From assembly GCA_963205295.1 (NCBI GenBank), contig CAUJIY010000042.1, positions 679 through 64,678 on the forward strand: a stretch of 64,000 bases of DNA. The letters run 5' to 3'. The translations under genes and the position numbers were made by a program. This document shows, one piece after another, positions 59,934 to 64,000 of this stretch. The notes under the pieces were generated by a model that had not been told where the DNA came from, ran no database searches, and saw only the letters and a program-made list of their open reading frames with translations. Numbering within the stretch: position 1 is the first letter of the stretch; every line of letters begins with the position of its first letter. Source of the DNA: Pseudomonadota bacterium. GTDB taxonomy: Bacteria > Pseudomonadota > Gammaproteobacteria > Steroidobacterales > GCA-2729495.

Positions 59934-60545
59934 CTACAGGCGCGACTCCGGGATGACGAGGACGTCACCAGGCAGCATTTCGACGTTCTGCGACAGGTCG
60001 CCGTCGTTCAACAGGGCCTCGAGGCGCACGGGGATCTCACTGCGCTTGCCGCCCACCGTGCGTACGATCTTGGCGCGATTGCCCGCCGCACCGGGCGCCA
60101 GGCCACCGACTTCGATCATCACGTCGAGCACGGTGAGGCTGCGTCGGTAGGCCAGTGCCTTGGGCGAGGTCGCCTTGCCCACGACGCGGATCTGCTCACC
60201 GAACGCACCGACGAAACCGCGCACGATGACGTTCACCTGTGGCGATTTGACATAGGCGGACAGCGCAGCCTCCATGTCGCGCGCCAGCTGCGTCGGCGTC
60301 TTGCCGACGGCCTGGAGATCCTCGACCAACGGCGTGGAAATACGCCCGTCCGGGCGTACCGGCACCGTGACCGACAGGTCGCGGTTGTTCCAGACGAAGA
60401 TCTCGAGTTCGTCGCCCGGACCGATCAGGTACTGCGATGGCGTAGCCGGCGCCTCGGCTGCCGGCGGCTTCGATCCCTGACAGCCGAGCACCAGCAGGGC
60501 GAGTGCCGGGACCCAGAATCTGGCGAACCTGGTCAACTTGTTCAT
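59934..60545 (-). CDS. polysaccharide export lipoprotein, Wza/EpsE-like (copy 2)
   Basis: 203 aa from Met 60545 with a lipobox LVLGC, YLIGPGDELEIFVWNNRDLS and PDGRISTPLVEDLQAVGKTPTQL. ATGA overlap with the exosortase gene. Confidence 0.88.
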   Translation of the reverse strand: MNKLTRFARFWVPALALLVLGCQGSKPPAAEAPATPSQYLIGPGDELEIFVWNNRDLSVTVPVRPDGRISTPLVEDLQAVGKTPTQLARDMEAALSAYVKSPQVNVIVRGFVGAFGEQIRVVGKATSPKALAYRRSLTVLDVMIEVGGLAPGAAGNRAKIVRTVGGKRSEIPVRLEALLNDGDLSQNVEMLPGDVLVIPESRL

Positions 60546-62071
60546 CTGTGCATGCTCCCTTCCACCCCAGAAACAGACGTCGGCGGCACCGATCCGGTTC
60601 CCGGCGCCCGGCAATCGCTCCCGGCCAGTCCCGTCACCTGCAGGCAATGCTGCATCGAAGCAGATACCTCGTCGACCAGCGTGTTCAGGGAGGCCCCGGG
60701 CTGTTCGAGTTGGTTGGAATCCAGCGCCAGGGCCACCAGCGCTGGTCTCTTGTGCCCGCCGGTCAGCATTGTCCAGCCTTCCACGAGTTTTGCAGTGACC
60801 GGGTTCGCAATCGGGTCGCCGCCCACCAGAAACCAGTAGACCACAACGGTCTCCTGCCGCCCGTCGTCCAGACGCATTCTGCGCGCCCGCAGGGGTTGCT
60901 GGCGAGAGCCCGCCTCGATGGTGTCCTCGGCAACCAGTACCACCTGCTGCGGGTCGACCTCCTCACGCAGCGCAATGAGATCCCGGCCACCCGCGTCGCG
61001 GCGGCCACGGAACACATGCAGATCGAACGACACCGGTCCCTGGTAATGCAGGTGCAGCGCTTCCCACCCGGGATCTTCGCGCAGCCACGGCGGCGCAGCA
61101 ACCGCGCCTGCCAGCCGGGCACCACCGGCATGCTCCGGTGCGGCCAGGGCCACCCCGGCAGCTTCGGGCAGGAACCCTGGCAGGGCGGCACCGCCGATCA
61201 GCACCGCCAGCGCCGCCAACGCCGGTACGGCAAACCGGGGCATGGCGGTGGCGACAGTTGTGCGGAAGCAGGCACTGGCATCGCCTGCAGCGCCAGGCCG
61301 CGGGTCATCGGCAAAGCGCAGGCCGACGCCGAATACGATCGCGATCAGTGTGGCAAACAGGACCCATCCGTAGATCACGTGGTCCACTGCTGCCGCCAGG
61401 CGCATGTCGGTGAGATGCCCGGCGACGACGGTCACATAGGCGCGCAGGATATTGGCAGCGACCGTGAAAACGGCGGCAAACCCGAGGAACACCAGCCGCT
61501 TCGGCCAGCCACGGAAGAACAGGCCCGCGAACAGCGCCCCGGCAGTCACCGTACCGATGAGATATCGAACGCCGCTGCAGGCGTTGGCGATGAGGAAATC
61601 ACCGGCGGGAATGCTGATCAGCCAGCGATCCTGGAACACCGGCACACCGGATGCCATGAGCATGGCCACGGTGCTGTGCGCCGTGAGGTCCATCATCGGC
61701 GGTACGAGAAACTCACCGGCGGGAACGGCGAGAAAGGCAATCACCAGCGGAAATGCCGTCGCCCGCAGCACCTGCGACCCGAACACGAGCAGGACCACCG
61801 CCGGAACCATGGCGATCATCGCGGCGTGGGTAACGACGTCGGCCTGCAGGAACCAGGCCACCAGCCAGGTGAGGACACTCGCGACGAGCGGTGCCAGCCC
61901 CCACCAGCAGGGCCTGGGGGTGGCAGCCGCAATGGCGTGGCGGGCGCGCACGATGAGCCACAGGGCGATCGGCAGGACCAGCACGCCGTGGGAATACGTA
62001 TCCGAGCGGGCCCACACCGCTGCCATCGAGCGCAGGGTCGGCCAGTAGACCGTGAGTACCGTGACGTACAC
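60542..62071 (-). CDS. xrtA: exosortase A (XrtA/EpsH) fused to a C-terminal EpsI-family domain
   Basis: The N-terminal ~290 aa are polytopic, with exosortase motifs (WPTLRSMAAVWARSDTYSHG, catalytic-type ANACSGVRY, ANILRAY, DHVIYGW). The C-terminal ~200 aa form a soluble EpsI-like domain after one more TM. The annotated GTG start probably truncates the N-terminus (see findings). Confidence 0.87.
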   Translation of the reverse strand: MYVTVLTVYWPTLRSMAAVWARSDTYSHGVLVLPIALWLIVRARHAIAAATPRPCWWGLAPLVASVLTWLVAWFLQADVVTHAAMIAMVPAVVLLVFGSQVLRATAFPLVIAFLAVPAGEFLVPPMMDLTAHSTVAMLMASGVPVFQDRWLISIPAGDFLIANACSGVRYLIGTVTAGALFAGLFFRGWPKRLVFLGFAAVFTVAANILRAYVTVVAGHLTDMRLAAAVDHVIYGWVLFATLIAIVFGVGLRFADDPRPGAAGDASACFRTTVATAMPRFAVPALAALAVLIGGAALPGFLPEAAGVALAAPEHAGGARLAGAVAAPPWLREDPGWEALHLHYQGPVSFDLHVFRGRRDAGGRDLIALREEVDPQQVVLVAEDTIEAGSRQQPLRARRMRLDDGRQETVVVYWFLVGGDPIANPVTAKLVEGWTMLTGGHKRPALVALALDSNQLEQPGASLNTLVDEVSASMQHCLQVTGLAGSDCRAPGTGSVPPTSVSGVEGSMHR

Positions 62072-62166
62072 GGCGACGATGGCGAGCGCGGGCAGCGACA
62101 GGTCGCGGCTCCACGACGACCTCAGGCGGGTCTGGAACGCGGGCAGCCGGGATGGGGACGCGACGT

Positions 62167-63201
62167 TCAGCCGAGACTCCTCGCCAGCAGCGGACCGATC
62201 ATGATGGTCAACGGAACCGGCAGCCTGCGCCAGACCTCGATGACGGCGTGGTACCTGGGATTGTCCGGAGTGACGTTCGGAATCTCCTGCGCACGTACCA
62301 GATCGTACTGGTAGGGCAGCGGTTGTGGCTCGAAACCCCAGTGTGTCTTGAAACGGTAGGAACCGGTGCCCTGCCGGCTGCGCCCGAAATCGAAGAGGCG
62401 CGCGCCCCGGCCGAGGGCGTGAACCAGCAGTTCCCAGTACATGAAGTCGTAGGCGTGCAGCTCGCGCGCAGCTGTCGTGCCGCCACCGTAGTAAGGCAGC
62501 ACCTCGTCACGGAAATAGAAGCTCATGACGGCGGCCACGGCCGGTGCGCCGCTTCCCGGGCTGACGCTCATGATCTCGCAGGCGTCGCCGAACACTTCCT
62601 TCAGGATCGCAAAATAGCGTCGCGGCAGCACGGGCGTGCCGAGGTTGCGCAGGCTCTCGGCATAGATCGCGAAAAAGCGCTCGACCGACGTGTCAAACGT
62701 GGGCACGAGACCGGCGGCGGCCCCTTTGCGGATCATAGCCCGCTGCTTGCGCGGCACGGCCTTCAGATTGACCTCCGGGTCCGCATCGAGCGTGCGGCGG
62801 AACGTCACGTAGCGGTCCGAGCCGGGCAGTTCGGCTCCGCTGGCCGCCACCTGGCGCAATTCGAGGAAATCGACGTCGAGTTGCCGCGCAAGCCGGCCGG
62901 CGGCAGCGACGAGCGCCTTGCTGCTTGCACCGTCGGTCGCTGCAACACCGCCGTAGACACAGAACGGCAGCGACACCAGTTTGTTGCCAAACAGGCGGCT
63001 GCGCACGTGGGCGAGCGGCAACACACCGCTCACCTCGCCGTCACGTTGCGCATAGAGGAACCAGGTCGGCTGGCCGAAGGCGGTCGCAATCACCCTGCGC
63101 CAGCCGGCAAGGTGGAAGAAACTCGCCGTCGGACACGCCGCGACAAAAGCGTCCCACCGGCCGATCTCGACCGGGTCGTCGGACAGTTCGCGCACCTCCA
63201 T
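62167..63201 (-). CDS. FemAB-family protein, PEP-CTERM system-associated type
   Basis: 344 aa. WDAFVAACPTASFFHLAGWRRVI and GNKLVSLPFCVYGG fit the PEP-CTERM FemAB-like family (GNAT-like fold). Confidence 0.84.
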   Translation of the reverse strand: MEVRELSDDPVEIGRWDAFVAACPTASFFHLAGWRRVIATAFGQPTWFLYAQRDGEVSGVLPLAHVRSRLFGNKLVSLPFCVYGGVAATDGASSKALVAAAGRLARQLDVDFLELRQVAASGAELPGSDRYVTFRRTLDADPEVNLKAVPRKQRAMIRKGAAAGLVPTFDTSVERFFAIYAESLRNLGTPVLPRRYFAILKEVFGDACEIMSVSPGSGAPAVAAVMSFYFRDEVLPYYGGGTTAARELHAYDFMYWELLVHALGRGARLFDFGRSRQGTGSYRFKTHWGFEPQPLPYQYDLVRAQEIPNVTPDNPRYHAVIEVWRRLPVPLTIMIGPLLARSLG

Positions 63202-64000
63202 CAGCCGTCGCCCCCCGCCAGCACGCCCTGCAGGCGTCGGTCGAGGTCCTCGGCAGCAGCGCGGTTCGCAAACGGCTCCTCCGAGGCCAGCACGCGGCTG
63301 ACGGCCGTGCGCGCCCCACGCACGTCACCCGTGGCCGCGAGCGCGAATGCCAGGTGATAACCGACGTCGGGATCCTGTGGACTGCCCGCTGCTGCCGCCG
63401 TGAGCAGTTCCAGCCCGCGGCGCTGGTTGCCCTGATTGACCTCGATCCAGCCGAGCGTGTCCATCGCCGGCAACGACTGCGGCTGAGCCGCAAGCGCGCG
63501 CCGCGCAGTCTCGAGCGCCCGCTGGTCATCCGCCTCGAAATAGAGCCAGGCGAGATTGTTGAGCGCCACCGGTTCGCCCGGGTGGTACCCGATCACGGCT
63601 TCATACTGTGCCATCGCCGCGGCGCGATTGCTCCTGGCCTGGTACACCGAAGCGCGGAACAGCCGCGCCGGCACGTCGCCGGGATGCCGCTGGATCCACT
63701 CGTCCAGCAGACCGCAGGACTGCGGTCGGTTCGCGGCGTTCCCGGCCCGGCAGGCACGCATGGCGGTCTCGGCACCTGGCGCAGCCGCATACGCGCGCAC
63801 CGCGATCGGCACCGCTTCCGCGGGCCTGCCCATCTCGACCAGGAGATCTGCGGCCGCAGCAAGCACCTGCGGATCGTCGGGAGCCAGGGCCAGCGCCCGC
63901 TCCAGGCCGTCGGGGACACCACTGCGCTGCCCGCCGCGCACGACGGCCCCGGCCAGATTCAGCCAGCTGCGCGGGTTGCGCGGATCGAGCTCCGTGGCGC
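63201..64000 (-). CDS. TPR-repeat protein, PrsT-like, C-terminal part (open to window end)
   Basis: The frame stays open from the stop at 63201 to position 64000. It contains TPR helices and a C-terminal pattern (NNLAWLYFEADDQRALETARRALAAQPQSLPAMDTLGWIEVNQG) typical of the PEP-CTERM system TPR lipoprotein. The stop overlaps the femAB-like start (TGATG). Confidence 0.62.
   Translation of the reverse strand, partial: ATELDPRNPRSWLNLAGAVVRGGQRSGVPDGLERALALAPDDPQVLAAAADLLVEMGRPAEAVPIAVRAYAAAPGAETAMRACRAGNAANRPQSCGLLDEWIQRHPGDVPARLFRASVYQARSNRAAAMAQYEAVIGYHPGEPVALNNLAWLYFEADDQRALETARRALAAQPQSLPAMDTLGWIEVNQGNQRRGLELLTAAAAGSPQDPDVGYHLAFALAATGDVRGARTAVSRVLASEEPFANRAAAEDLDRRLQGVLAGGDG

Overview
High-GC (about two-thirds G+C by eye, not computed) proteobacterial chromosomal segment, gammaproteobacteria-like in gene order. 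Positions 1-26.4 kb are ordinary housekeeping. A minus-strand cluster runs lpxB'-lpxA-lpxD-skp-bamA-rseP-cdsA-uppS-frr-pyrH-tsf-rpsB, but lacks the usual fabZ and dxr. It is followed by map-glnD-dapD-dapE, dsbB, tsaB, a YoaA/DinG-type helicase, GTP-PEPCK, a class III cyclase-FHA protein, a methyltransferase, dusA and galE. Positions 26.4-29.9 kb encode the PEP-CTERM two-component pair PrsK/PrsR (sigma-54 dependent). About 8 kb of unrelated genes follow: acyl-CoA synthetase, SDR, sodB, MFS, a hemerythrin-like protein, tRNA-Glu, tRNA-Ala, gltX and an Sfp-type PPTase. From 37.7 kb to the window end lies an exosortase A (XrtA)/PEP-CTERM-type exopolysaccharide locus. It holds two priming transferases, two Wza-like exporters, two outer-membrane barrels, EpsF/EpsG, a fused XrtA-EpsI, FemAB-like, two CE4 deacetylases, a GT4, two AsnB-family amidotransferases (one with a degenerate glutaminase domain), a Wzy/O-antigen-ligase-like protein, a membrane-anchored heparinase II/III-like protein and TPR proteins. 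The most unusual points are: (1) the locus ATPase (ExeA-like) carries a C-terminal FHA domain and sits away from its usual place, bracketed by a tRNA-Val gene and a degenerate tRNA-Val-like copy; (2) the exosortase has no canonical start codon for its full N-terminus; (3) a divergent TPR / heparinase-like / truncated-AsnB module. No CRISPR array, transposase, integrase or PEP-CTERM substrate gene was seen. All family assignments come from reading the translated ORFs, since no searches could be run.
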